Below, in pieces: positions 44,401 through 59,400 of a stretch of 64,000 nt of DNA. Each line of letters starts with the position of its first letter. Within the stretch, counting starts at the first letter, position 1. Below the pieces are notes generated by a model. That model was not told the origin of the DNA and made no database searches. It saw nothing but the letters and a program-made list of their open reading frames with translations. Origin of the DNA: Mytilus edulis (taxonomy: Eukaryota); assembly GCF_963676685.1 (NCBI RefSeq), contig NC_092357.1, positions 28,458,001 through 28,522,000 of the forward strand. The letters run 5' to 3'. The translations under genes and the position numbers were made by a program.

Positions 44401-47400
44401 CTCAGAATCTCAATTCATTCTTTCACTTTTACTACCCCAACCTTTACTTCAGATTTTCTTGATATATTTCAAAAAAGTCTTGAATTGTGAAACAGTTGTT
44501 TTAAGAATGTGGAAACTTCAGCTATGCGAGACATCACATTGATTACTGAAATATACTGAACTTAATGTGCGTTATTGGATAGTATGACAATTAGGATGTA
44601 ACAAAACCAGTTCAATCCTGGCTGCATTTTGCTCCCTTAAGATATAATATGTGTGTTTATTAGTATAGTCGGTGTTCAATTTGACGTCCTGTTTTTTTAA
44701 CTAGTAGTATACATTTTTGGGAGCCAGTCAGTTCATGTAATTGTCTCTTTGACTGGTTAAACTTATACATTTTGAGCAAAACTGGTCTATATTGAGTGAT
44801 TTTTACGAAAATAAGTTTGAAAATAAAGTTAATAGATAAGTCATGAAGATCTTAAAAATTTTGGGCATTAGGTATGATGACTCATATAAAAAATAGATGT
44901 GATATGATTGCAAAATGATATAAAAAAGAAGATGCGGTATGATTGCCAATGAGACAACTATCCACAAAACACCAAAATGACACAAACATTAACAATTATA
45001 GGTCACCATACGGCCTTCAACAATGAGCAAAGCCCATACTGCATATAGTCAGCTTTAAAAGGCCCAGATAAGACCATGCAAAACAATTCAAGCGAGAAAA
45101 CCAACGGCCTTATCTATGTAAAACAATGAACAAAAAACAAATATGTAACACATAAACAAACGACAACCACTGAATTACACGTTCCTGACTTGGGACAGGC
45201 AAATGCATAAATAATGTGGCAGGTTAAACATGTTAGCGGGATCCCAACCCTCCCCCTAACCGAGGACAGTGGTATAACAGTACAACATAAGAACGAACTA
45301 TAAAAATCAATTGAAAAAGGCTTAACTCATCAGATAGACAAAAAATAAAAGTGGACGTGGCTGGGTACTTATACATCCCGACACAAAAAGACAAAATAAA
45401 CAGATCTGAGAGTACTCGCAGTTATCTGACTGCTAGTTCAACTAATAAAAAAACATGCCTCTAAGACAAAGCAATCAATCCGTACACATCCAACATACAA
45501 TGGATTAAGTGTAAAGACGTCATAAACAGCCAGAGAAAAACATGACCTGGTGCAATGCCAAGTTACAGGTATCGACAGATTGTAGATCCATGAAAATGTA
45601 TATGTATATAACATACTAGTAATATTTAGTTAGCCTTTAGTCTACTGATAACAAAGTCAATATTTATACCAATAAAAACAATATTGAATGATCTTATCAC
45701 AGTGTTGAATAGGTAACCTTTAAGAATAAGTTTATTTTAAGGAGCAACAAGTTTACATGGATCATTTCTTAATTTCCGGGCACGGTTAACAACATTTCCG
45801 TAAAAATGAGGATGTGCTATCCCGTTTGAAATAAGTTTTCGACAGGTACAACCAAACTTCAATACCAAATCTTTATAGACTACTCTTCACAAGTGACAAA
45901 TGCCACAAGAATTAACAGCTAAAGATCACATTGCCCATACTGCATAGTCAGCTATAAAGTCCATAAAATAATTTAAACAATAAAAATAAATATAATTTCA
46001 GTCGGTTGATTTTATGAATTAAAATGAAATTATTTTCTTCTGAATTGTCTACCCATATAGGTGGCGTTTAGGTTAAGTGGTTTGTGTGATTTGGCGGTTA
46101 AATCATTCGGCACGACAGGGTCTACTCGATAGGTCATGTTAATTTTTACATTCATGCTATTTGATATTTTGTATCATGCATTAAGAGATTGATTGATTTA
46201 CAAATGATTGTGTGTATTGAAATACTAGTATATATAATGTATATATATCTAGCGGGACGGCTACAGTGCAGGCGAATTGGTGTCACGATATCTTAGTTGC
46301 ATGAGTTTGTATCCCGGCGAGGGAAGAACAAAAAATTTGCGAAAGCAAATTTACAGATCTAACATTGTTGGATTGATGTATATTGATGGATATAAATAAA
46401 TATATATATATACATATCTCCATGCCTTATATTAGCAATTTTATCTGACCATATCGAGATATAGGTATTCAGTCGAATCTTAACACGTACTTGTGATTTG
46501 GTTAAAACCGGTTTTGTTATAAATATACGAAGAAATGTCGAAATGTTCAGGACTTAATTTAATCCGTATTTCGGTAGGAAGGTGCAAGCATACGATTTTT
46601 ATTGCGTCTTAAACTTTGAGAAGCGAATAATCTTTAACTACTTTATTCAAATATTGTGTAAAAACGTTAATTTTGAGCTTTGAAAGTCAAGTGGCTCGAG
46701 CATTTTTCTGAGGAAGTTTTAAAAAATTGAAAAAAATATTTTTACAGTGGGTTAGCTTTCATAAGTCTTCACTATCTATAGATTAACAACTTTTGGTTAT
46801 ATTTATAATTTAGAATCATCATTGAAGGTGGCAGACGATTGCGCAGTTAAAATATTCTATTGATGTGCCATTCGTATGCAAGAGTGACAATTCGTTGTAT
46901 TATGTGTCAATTCGAAAAAGTTATGCGATTATTCTCTCCCCTTGACAGGTTCATTATTTTATAATTAAGTTTACGTTTCTGATATAATTTTGAATAATTA
47001 CAAAGTGTATCAATTCAATATATTTCAGTTTTTGTTATTGGTGTATCAAAAACATTGATGTACGAATATAATTTCCTAAATTTGAAACGTTTAAAATGAT
47101 TACATACCAATCATTTTTGAAAAAGACTATGAATGTAAATCGAATTAATTATCTCCTCTTTGATGTTAGATTGATTGAGAAATGAACCAGCGTTTTCTTA
47201 TGGTAATCACAGAGAGGGACCGGCAAGTAATTTTTAAATGTAGCTGAATCAACGTTAAAACTACTTTCCACTATAAACGAATGTTACTTTAAACAAATAT
47301 TAGGACTTAGTTAGCTAAATCTACAAATTTTATTAGATATTATGATTTTTTATTGCAATAGATTAATATGCTACTTATATATCATGTACTGTAGTACGCC

Positions 47401-50400
47401 GCTAGATTAAAACTGACGTAGAAAGGTAACACATGGCCACCGAAAGCTTTACTTTTGAAGCCCATGTGGTCGTGTGGTCTAGCGGGACGACTGCAGTGCA
47501 GGCGATTTGGTGTCACGATATCACAGTAGCATGGGTTCGAATCCCGCCGAGGGAAGAACCAAAAATTTGCGAAAGCAAATTTACAGATCTAACATTGTTG
47601 GGTTGATGTTTAGAAGAGTTATATATACATCTATATATATGACTTTTCGTTCTGATTCGAAATTTGTATTGCACTTTACCCTTTTTTGTTTTTTATTAGT
47701 ATGATTATTATCACTGGTTGTGATATATGGGTGTTTACGGAAGAAGAATGGCCTTATAAATGACAAACAAAGTATATAAAATAGAAACATGAGAAACAAA
47801 CGACAACTACTGGATTTCAGGCTCCTGGCTTACAACAGGCACACACATACATAATGTGGCAAATTTAAACATGTTATCAGGATCACAATCCTCTCCTTAA
47901 CCTAGGACAGTAGTTTTACATAACAACAAAATAAAAAAATACTGAGACCAGTTGAAAAATGCTTAAGATATATACGAAAATAAATACATCTTCAAAATCA
48001 CAGGTTGCACTGTCCGGGTACTTGGACACCCTTACAACAAAGCGACACTTAATACAGATCTGGTATTTGAAAGCTAAAACAAATATAAAATATCAATTAG
48101 TACATTTTACTATCAAATGAATTTAGAGTAAAAACGTCATAAACAGTCAGAGAAGAACATGACCTTGGGTAATGTCAAGACACATATTACAGATCAATGA
48201 CAGTGCAACACTTTCTGTATATGATTCCTCTTAATAAGAGCCCAATAATGTGAGGCTTGTAAATTTGAGTAATATTATTTTTTGTTCTTTCCTGATCCCG
48301 GATTCGACCTAATGCTACTGAGATATCATGGCACCAAATCACCTTGCACTGTGCCTGATGCACTAGACCATTTAACCACCAAACCTCTACAATAATAAAA
48401 CTTTCGGGATAACTGTCCTCGTCAGTTTTAATATAGCCTCATATCACAGCACATGATATATCAGACATGAAAATGGAATTGTTATAGATCAGCTGAAATA
48501 TCTATTATACAGTATCGTACAAACTAATGAAAGATGCGGTTTAAGAAATAGTTATATTATAAATATGTCTGAAGCAGTCACGGCTCTACAAAACATATTA
48601 TCAACTAATGGGGAAAAAAATCATAACAGTGTGTTTTGTTAAATTTATATATCAAATCACATTCTGCATCGGTTATTAAAAGCACTTTTTTAATATATCT
48701 ATATGTGTATTCAAGATTATTGGGAATATTTTTTTTCTCTTTATAGTCACTAAACCCAATAGTATATTGTTGTTGGGTGTTTTTATCAAGTCAAAACCCC
48801 ATAAGTAGAATGTAACACTTGAATGTGCTTTTTGTGACAGCAGCATAGCAAATAACAAGCTAAAGATACAATATACAAATGTAAAAAAAAGCAGATTTGA
48901 GAAACAGAAGATTAAAAAAAACAAACTGAGAAAAATCTGAAACTGAAAAATTAATCTGTAAGGGTATGCTTTTATTTTTACAACGGCCTTTAAAATTTGT
49001 AAAATAACATATACTCTGCTTTAAAGATATTCAAAAACAAAGATTTTAGCAGACATTTCTATAAAACTTTAAGTGAATTTATATATCAAACTGATTCTTC
49101 ATGCATATAAATTTTGCATATCTGACTTTTTGTTAGCCTTCTAGGTCATATATTAGCCAAAGTGTGTTAGATATATACTTAAATATTATATTAATGTAAC
49201 AAAACTTCCAAACTAACAATTTAAAGAAAACATTGTGAACTTGTATAGATAAACAGTATTACAGTAGTAGGGTGTGACCTGGAAACTATGGAGGCATTTA
49301 ATTCGTGAATGTTGGAATGATTGACTACTCCACATTAATAGTATTCTGTAATGTTTCACATTGTTACCAGCATGGTTTCTAGAGACTTCATGTAAAAAAA
49401 ACATTCACGAATTGATAGTCGACAATAAATAAAGACTTCTGATTTAATAATACTGCTATGAGTTAAAAGTGTTTTTTACACATTTACCTTTAAAAAATAT
49501 GTATATATCGGTTTCACTTTTTACACTTTTCAAAAACTACGCCTCTTTCATTGGATATGTTAAATTTGTAGACATTGTGTTTCGTTGACGTATTGGTTTC
49601 CTGATATCACCTCTATCTTTTACCTCATAGAGACATAAAATTAGACTATAAATGCATTTGAAAAACGGTAAAGTTGAATCTTTATGAATATCCAGAACGA
49701 TCCGAGTAGTACAATGTAGTTAAAAAATAAAGTAAGTCTATAAACTCTTCTAAAAAATTAAAATCACAAAAGACAGAACTAAGTTTGAGGCACTAAAATG
49801 TTTAAATTATGAGGCACTAAAATGTTCAAATTATGAGGCACTAAAATGTTCAAATCATGAGGCACTAAAATGTTCAAATTATGAGGCACAGTCCTATACC
49901 TTGACTTTTGAAAAACATTATATTGTAGATGAAATGTCCATTTTCTCAGTTCAACGAAACTTCATAGTAATATATAGTTGACATAGTAAAAATACTTCCC
50001 GTGACAATTGTCTACATTTAAAAAAGTGCGATCTAAAGAAATATTCATTGTCAAAATTTGAAATTCAAACTTAACCACGAAAAAGGATAATTGTACATAT
50101 GAACTCTCAATCATAAGCTTTTTAAATATAAAACCGGTTAAAATAGCATTGCCAATAATTAAAAAGGTACAAAATGGAGAGAAATTTCAAAATTCACATT
50201 AAATTCAGTTATATTGATATTTTTTGTGTCATATTGAAGCTTGAATTTTGAAGTTAGATTTATTATCCACTTACCTTGTTTTTTTCATTGATATCAAAAA
50301 CCAACTTCGCAAATTCAAATGCAGCGTGGTGAAGCGAAGTACAACCTTTCTGTACAGATAAAATATTACAATTTCAACATGATTCAGTAATTAATGAAAA

Positions 50401-53400
50401 GAATATGTAAGATTAGTTAGTGATATTCAAAGCAATTTGTCGAAAATAAACTGTCGAAAATGTCATGGCAAAAATGAAAAAAAAAAACGACGACGCCGCA
50501 GAACCCTGATTTAACCTTAGAACATATGTAATTTCATGAGTTATCGCATAACGGTCAACAAAATATCTGAATTGTGCATGAACTTTTTGAATGGATGATA
50601 ACTGAATGTGACACATATTCTTTTCCTCATGGTAGTACTATTAACTTATCAATCTATATTTTACTCCAGATGCAAGCTTGGTTCACAATCGACTCATCAC
50701 TGATGATCACTTTAATCAAAAGTACGAAGTTAAATGGTACGGAAGAGTCAATATTCAAAAAGGTCCAAACTCACTGATATATTGAAAATAAAGATGTCAT
50801 CTTTGAGAGAATGTAACTGAGAATACAACCATTGCAACTAATCTGTTGTCACTCTGTCCACAACGTACAAAACAACTCGTGATTTCGTGTGTAAAATGTT
50901 CGAAGAGATTTCAAAGGAATTCATATATGTTATCATAGGAGAAAAACAATAACGAATACTACAATGAGTAACAAATCAACCCGGTAGCCAATATCAAAGT
51001 TTATTAACAGCTTCGTATTAGCACATACTACAATTTTGTGAGTGGGTATATTTCGAATTATAATTTTGTTATTTGTATCTTACAATCTATAAAGGTTTTT
51101 TTGGGAGAGGGAGTGCATAATTTTAGTATATTTATGAACGTTCAGAAGTTTGGGGCATATGACACATACAAATACAAATTATTCTTACTAATCCCATTGC
51201 CCGTAAAAGAGCAGAATAATGACAAATCAATTACGACTACCATACAAAACATACAATACTGAACTTGATTTGATATGAATAATTATAATAAGCTTTAATG
51301 TTAGACCAAGCTTTGAAAAAAGAGGCACATTACACATTTTCTATACAATATGTAACATTGTGCACAAATCATTGTAAAATGTCACACAGTGTTAATCCTT
51401 CTAAAATCTCTAATTACAGCAATGCGATCTGAACATATATTCATTTTCTAAACTTATAGTTTATTTAGTTAAGGAAGTTTGCTTGTCATGTTATGGGATT
51501 TTGGTCAGATTTACGGAATTCTCTGTTTTTTTTCCATTTGAAAGCCTTAAAAAAATGCCCTTTGACCCTACTTATCATTTTACAAATCTTTTACATGTAT
51601 TATGATAAGTTATCTGATAAAGCTTTGAAAAGACAAAAGAGAGTATTTTCCCGCCAAAATTGAAATATGCACATTGACCTATATATATATATATATATAT
51701 ATATTTTGTTGCTCATTTTGGTTCCTTTATTAATCCCCTATCAACATAAACTAGTGATTTAAAAAAATAATTATTTGGAAACTGAGAAGCGAACTCCCTC
51801 AAACAAGATTATGTACCGTCATGTCAGAGACTGACATAGGATTAAACTTACCCTATCTTGAATGTTGAGATCAATACCACCCTCAATAAGCAACTTGGTG
51901 AATTCTCTAAGCTCTTTCAATGCAGTGGTATATGGTGCAGTACTATCTTTCTGTATATATACACAATAACAATGTTTAAATAGTTTTCATTTATAAACGA
52001 AATTTGAAAGATAACAAATGGATATGTATGTCGAAATAAATTAACAAAAAAAAATACAAAGTGCAGATCACACAACATGGAAATAAAGGACTAAAAAACA
52101 AGTATCCCGCTAATTCCCGGTGATGTCACATGTTTCTGAGTAGATCCATCTCCACATGTAGAACATGTAAGTAAAATAAAATAATTACATATCACATGAT
52201 TCAATTTTAGTATGCCAGACGCGAATTTCACACACAAAAGACTCTTTATAAATGATCCAATCAAAAATATATACAAAGGTCAAAGAAATAAATATATAAA
52301 ATGCAAGAAAGACTTAAAAAGTTATAAAATATGTGATTGAACATGAGTATACACTTGTATGGTGTTATCATACACGCATGATACGACCGTATGTGTATGT
52401 TCATGGTAATTGACACGTTTACTTTGAATACGTAACTCTTTATAAGGTATGACCCTGTTAGTTGTCACATCATTTAAAAGACGCTACTTAAGAAATAACT
52501 AGATTAACTAAATTCACGCTGTTAATTTTACTCACTAGTCAAAGCTGTAGTAAATACATTTGATAACAATGGTCATTACCAATTTGTTATCACGAGTAAA
52601 TGGTTACATATGAACCTCGAAAAACATCTTCCAAAATATTTAAATGAACTTTTACACAACAAATCAACTCGTTTACTATCTGATGAAAAAGCGTTCAATT
52701 TGAGAGCAAAGGGTGTTTATACAAAAGATCGTGCACAACCAAAACGCTTAAGTCACTTGTGAAAGTAAATGTCACCCTAAGAATACAATCAACAATACAA
52801 CTAGGGATACAACCAACCCGTGGCACCAACAGTCAATGTTTTTGTATCATTTAAATTGTAAATTGTACATTTTGCTTAACCATCATTAGGTGTTTTTTTT
52901 AGATACAGTTTATTGTTATACATGTAGTAATGCAAAGTTTACATACTGAATATCTAGAAAAATACCTGTATGTTCGAAATACTTATATGGCCTAGTATAT
53001 CTGGAAAATATTATCAACTAACAAAACAAAAATACAGTCCTTGGTCGGTGTAAACTTCTCACTAACACACCATTACACCATTTACCATACACCCTTTCAT
53101 CATAAACCTTGTGCCATTACACCATACACGTTACACCTTTGCACCATACACTTTACACATTAAACCATACACCATTCCCCTTCTTTCTACACGATCCAAA
53201 ATTACCGATTATGCAAATAAATTTAGAAGAAAGCGTGCGACTACAAAAATACGTTTATTTTTTTGTTTTAAAAAACGAATTTTGATCACAATATTGTAAA
53301 TTCATGAATAAAATTCAGACCTTCATGAGCATGGTTATATAAACAATACAGATAAAACATATACACATATATTTGTAAATAAAAATAAGTCCATGATCTG

Positions 53401-56400
53401 CCTTTTTGAAAAAACGATATATTAAGTACTGATCATGTTTAAAGTGTAGCGTAAATCTTTCGAACTTTGTTTTCAGATAAATCGATTAACAATGCAAAAA
53501 ACTAATGGTTGTTGATTATATAAAATAACAACAACAGTACCAAGCTATTGAATGTAATACTGGTGTACATGGTGTACAGTTAACCAGTCAAGTCGAACTC
53601 GGAAACTCGAGTACAAGTATACTCGGTTTTGCGAGATAACGATCCCGTCATGCAATAATTTGTCATGTTTATGGCCAGTGTAGTATAATTAATATTTCTT
53701 TTTTCCTGCCCAAGTCAACAGTGCAAACATGAATGTCCTTTTTTTCAAACAACTGAGTCATCAACAGAAATCAGTTGTTTGCATATCTCAGACTGGCTCC
53801 AATATAACATGTTTTATTGTCTCAGGAAAAAATTATCTAAACGCAACAACCAAATCTGAGCATATTTTAATATGTAAATAGGAGTTTTTTACAATCCGAA
53901 AGATTAAAATAAAATGAACTTCGGTTTCATCCAGTGCAATATCGTACACCATTCATTCATATAATTCGTTACACTATCACACAATTCCTCATACACCAAT
54001 ATATCATTTCTTTTACCCCACACACCATATCAACATACACATGATACACATTCTACCATTGCATTATACACCATACACCATTACACCATACACTTTAGTT
54101 TTGAAAGTTTACACCACCAAAGGGCTGTAACAGTAAGTTTCGTTGTATTTAGCTATCAAATCAGCATATATTCACATTATGAATAGGTCATGAAAAACAA
54201 AGTTTTTTTTTTAATATCGACATTTGCCGTCACGACTAATGAAAAGTGCATACAAATGTATGTTTACTCTTTCCAGTAATCGAAACCAATAGATTCTTGA
54301 TTGAAAGTGTTTTTTTTTTATTATAGAAAACCCAGCAGCAAAAAGTTACACATTAATCATATGGCAAAAATCAAGGGTATATTTTCAGATGATTTGAACC
54401 ACGTGACTTTAGCCCTTTTGAATAAATTACTTCCCTTAGTGTAGAAATGAATATACTATTAACTTCCTCTAGCGGATAAATCCAAAAATGTTGTGTAATT
54501 CTAAGCGAAAATGCTGAAAAAATGGCTTTTCACGAAATGGTGAGGTTGAATACGTCATGTTTAAAAAAAACTTGGCAGAAAACGAAGAAATGCATGTACA
54601 TTTGTGTAAGTTGAAAAATATTTTAAATTTAGAATTCAACCTACAAGGTGTTTCCCTGTATGCGAACAAATCATGTACAATATCTTGAAGATATCATGAT
54701 TTCTATTTTGAACCTTGCTTTTCCACGATTCTGTACGATCGTTCGCTATTGAACATAGCAATAAAACAACGGTTTCACTTTCTTCACTTTCTAAAAACTA
54801 CGCCTCTTTTATTGAATACTAGTATTCATAGATAATTCGTTTCGTTTACGTACTGGTTTCTTAAAAGTTTCCTGTCTTTTCCCACACAGAGACTTAAATT
54901 TATCATATAAAGGCATATAAAAAGCAGTAAAAATGTATTCCAATGAATATCAAAAATAAATGGAGAGGCTACAATGTGGATCAACATTAAAGTGAGTTTT
55001 TAAAATCAAATTAGTTTGAGGTACTTAAATGTTTAACTTATGACGCACATTCCTACTTATAGACAAATCATGCATCTAAGACTAAATTATCAATCCGGAC
55101 ACATCCAACAGGCAATGGATTTAGTGTAAAGAATTCATAAACAGACAGAGAAAAAAATAACCTAGTGCAATGCCAAGATACAGGTATCGACATATTGTAG
55201 ATACATGAATGTGTATAAATGTATATAACATACAAGAAATATTTAGTTTGCTTTAAATTTACTGATAAAAAAATCAATGTTTATACCCAAAAAATCAACG
55301 ATATCATTACAGTCTAATGAGAAACATTTGTGGCATTTTTTAGGGATAATAAATTGCCAATAATTACAGAAGAGCAAACTGTTAAGATGGGCAATTTCAA
55401 AATTCATATTTAATACAGTTATATTGGAATTTGTTGTGTCACGTTAAAGCTTGATTGATTATTATTTTAAGTTTGCATTTTGATTTATTATCCACTTACC
55501 TTGTCTTTTATATTGATTTCAAAAAGCAACTTTGTAAATTCAAATGCAGCGTGGTGAAGTGCAGTACAACCTTTCTGTACAGATAAAATATTACAATGTT
55601 TATATGATACAGTAACTAATTGAAAAAAAGGTGCAAGATTTAACAGAAATGTCTTATTAGTGGAGTGACCAAGCAAACAATTTTTTCAACTTTAATGGAA
55701 CACCCTACCTGCAAGCTAAACTATGACTTTTTGGAAAGAAAAAAAGTTTATTCTTTAAATTTTGCGTGGTCGTAGAATTGAAATATGGTGCAAGTCTTTT
55801 TAAAATGAATCAAAGGTTAGTGATTGAGTTTTTTTCACTATTGTCAATTTATTTCATCAGAGGTTATAAAAAGTCTCGAAAAAATATTAATAAAATGTTA
55901 CTAAACAAGAAATTCATAATGAAATAAACTGTGACATTTCATTTTCAAATTAAATTTGAAAATAATGAAACCACCAAATGCATATTTCATAAAATTCAGA
56001 CTAGCAACAAAATAGGAGATGGACCATTCGAATCTCAATTAATTTTTTACATCGCATGTACTTGTAAAGGTATATTTCTGAATTTTACGGCATTTATAAA
56101 AAGAAACGAAGTCAATTTGGTTTTTGTGATGTATATGTATTACCAGTCACAAACATTTCACAAGGCAATTAAATAAAATGAGTTTAATGATGGACTAAAG
56201 TTTCAGCGCATATTCTAACTCTAGGATTTTTTAGGTATGGTTTTATGTGCCTTTTCCTTACAAAATCACATATGGATCGCTTAGACAGATTGGTGGCATG
56301 GGGTATTTTAACAAATAAAGGGCATGACAACTTTCGAAAACCTGACATCAGTTATCGTTTTCATCGTCGTATACTTCCGATATTGCTCGGTGAGTTAAAT

Positions 56401-59400
56401 GATTTCTAAAACCATCAGACCCTTCGCATGAACAAATATTGCTATACGCGGATTGCTGTTGGTTGCATACACAGTTGTTGTTGCAAGCTATTTTCCCTTG
56501 ACGTATACGTACAAACAACAAGGTCTTGAAGAAAATCTACTGACATAGGTCCTTCAAAGAAAACCGAGAGCAAACGTGTTTACCCTCTTACCAACACGAG
56601 TCTTTGGAAAGTATGAGTTTATCGAAATTGCGTTTGAAGCATTGCACATGGGATGTGCTGTAAAAATGTGTTTTCACATGGAGGAATTTTCACAAGACTG
56701 GCATCCATTGTGGCGACAAACTCTATCCTTAGTTTGTTTGGATCATCATAATCATACCTGAACTTTCCCTACGGATCATACAATGAGGCGATAGATGCAC
56801 ATGCAATGTTTACTGCTATTCTTTATCACCCGTTTAAAAACTTATCGGATTTGGCACAACGTTTTCGAATTTATGTCCTTAATGCTGTTCAACTTTATAC
56901 TTGTTTGGCTTTATAACTAATATGATCTGAGTGTCCCTGATGAATGAGTCTTATGAAGACGTACGCGCGTCTGGCGTATCAAGTTATAAGCCTGACACTT
57001 TTGTTAGATATCATCATTACTTGGAAGACTGAAAAGAGAGCAAATTGTCATTCAAGGAGATGAATTATATCATATTTTTCAACATTTTCACATTGTACCA
57101 TCATCATGAAACAGAGCGGAAGGTATTGGACCAAAGGATATGCCAATATCCTGACTACAGTCTCATTCTCATGAACATTTGTAAGAACTAAAGCATGACG
57201 AACTATTTTTACTGGGTTTATATGTGCCTAACCACAGTCACCTGATTAACCCTTGGGTTTGGAGGTCTTGGTTTCATCGAAAGTATTGAGAGTAGACCTG
57301 GACATAGGACTGTAGAAAACATGCGTTTCAGACTCATTAGTGCAGCCTTCCACAAAAGATTTAACCATCTGGTTGCGATGTTCAAGAGATTTAAGAAAGC
57401 ACGCATGAACATTTATTGAGGCTTTAATTTGCGAGAAATACTAGAATTTATCAATGGCTAAGGATGATCGGCAACGTTGAATTTGTAGGTTATATTTGAA
57501 TGCATATACCCTATCAAATCAGAGACATTCTTCCTGTCACGTGTTATTGTCATTGTCGTTGGCTAGTTTTCTTTGTGTTCAATATCTGCATCTGTGACTA
57601 ATCTCGATCTTGATCTCATTTCAGAACTATAATCCGCAAGGATGTGTCTTGAAAGCATCTATCGAAGTACAGTGTTTGTTCCCTTGTCAGTCATATGATG
57701 CCTCTACAACCTTTAGAATCTTTAATAATAGTTTTCTCTGTAGCCATATAACTTCAGATCCTATTTAAGGGTTCATGTTTATGAAAACTCACATGACATA
57801 AAGACAGATTTTACTGTTTCAGACAGATTCAACATATTTAAATATGTAGGCTGGTATCCACCTAGCATAGTTCGTCCGATTGGCAACAATATTTCAAATG
57901 CACGAAGAAACATATCCCAAAATGCGAAGGTTGGTGATAGTTTACAAGAGTGTATTTTGAATTCTTCAAACAATGGCAACATATGTTCTACGGGTGCCAC
58001 ATGTAGAGCAGGATCTGCTCACTCTTCCGGACCACATGAGATCACCCCTATTTTTTGGTGGGGTTCGTGTTGTTAAACTATTAGTTTTCTATGTTGTGTC
58101 ATTTGTACTATTGTTTGTCTGTTTTTCTTTTTCATTTTTAGCCATGGCGTTGTCAGTTTGTTTTTGATTTATGAGTTTGACTGTCCCTTTGGTATCTTTC
58201 TTCTCTCTTCTAATTATCATAAAAAAAACTGTGCAATACCTTCAGCGCTTTTGTGTGTTTTAGCTAATGAACTGTGATATACATTTGGTTCAATATTAAT
58301 TAACGATGTTCGTCTTAACACCAATAGAAAAATTAAACAAAAGAGCCATGAGATATAGCCTCATATGCCAATGTTCATCATCGAAGACGTCTAGAATAGA
58401 CCATTTTACACCATACAATTAGTTGTCAAATGTTTTCACATCATATTGTTGACCAGCACGTTTTGACATATCTAAACATCGTTTCACAGTTGTAAATACT
58501 ATTGCAATGTCGAGGCATGGCATCTATAACCGGAGCATAGGCTACAAACGAAATTTCTGATTTTGCCTTTTGTAAAAACCGGGCCAAAATGGAACAATAT
58601 GTTCAGTGCTTTCTGCAGGAAATGAAATCGAATCAAAGTTATGTCTCGAAAGAAGTCGCAGAATTACCAAGGACAGGACAGATAAATCTCGATTTTCGAT
58701 GAAAAAGACAGAATCTTCCCATCAACATTAGAATAACAAGGCGGTCCATACCGTTCTGTTGGATTGTCGAAATGTAACATGCTATACGATTGGTATTCGA
58801 ATCATTCAGCTTCAGAAATCTTTCTAGTCCCCGTTTAACATTTATGGAACTTATGTGGGCGTTTGATGATTCGTTTTGATATAGAATTTCAACTCTAGCA
58901 AGTAAGTGAAATGCATTTGTACCATCGGCATTTTTGTTAATATTTTCTGCTCCCTCATGTAAAGTACGACCACCTATTATAAATACAGCAATAACATTAG
59001 GTACATAGGACATGTCTTAGATTCTGTCTATTTTAAAATTTGATGAAGTTGTTTGATATCTACGTACTTCAGAAAAGAATGCACAAAAACCATGAAAACA
59101 ATTAGAGCCTAACTGATGGTGTAATTGTAATACCAAAGCAAGATGAATGGAGTTATCAGGTTTATGTTAAAAGCTAGTATGAATTCTGTTATTGCCGGGA
59201 CTTTTTGCATTTTGTCGACAGGAAGTTTAGAAACGTAACTTCAATCTTTCAATGAGCATCAGAATAACGAGGAGGTCCTGTCCTTTTCATTGAACTCTAA
59301 TGCAAGTTAAAAATCCTCATCATTGATAATTTGTAAAAATACTGATTTGGAATGGCTTCGAAACTTTACAAAGAGAAGTTTAAATCATTTTGTTTTCGGA

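Noticed and set aside
47413-47465. Canonical hammerhead in the tRNA-derived repeat (CTGACGT...CGAAAG)
   Set aside because: Lacks A9 of CUGANGA, the UH cleavage site and stem I pairing; kept only as an unclassified structure candidate.
47460-47553. Functional tRNA gene
   Set aside because: A and B boxes are present but the acceptor and anticodon stems do not pair properly, and it belongs to a diverged multi-copy repeat.
49787-49889. 24-bp repeats as a CRISPR array
   Set aside because: Head-to-tail minisatellite without spacers.
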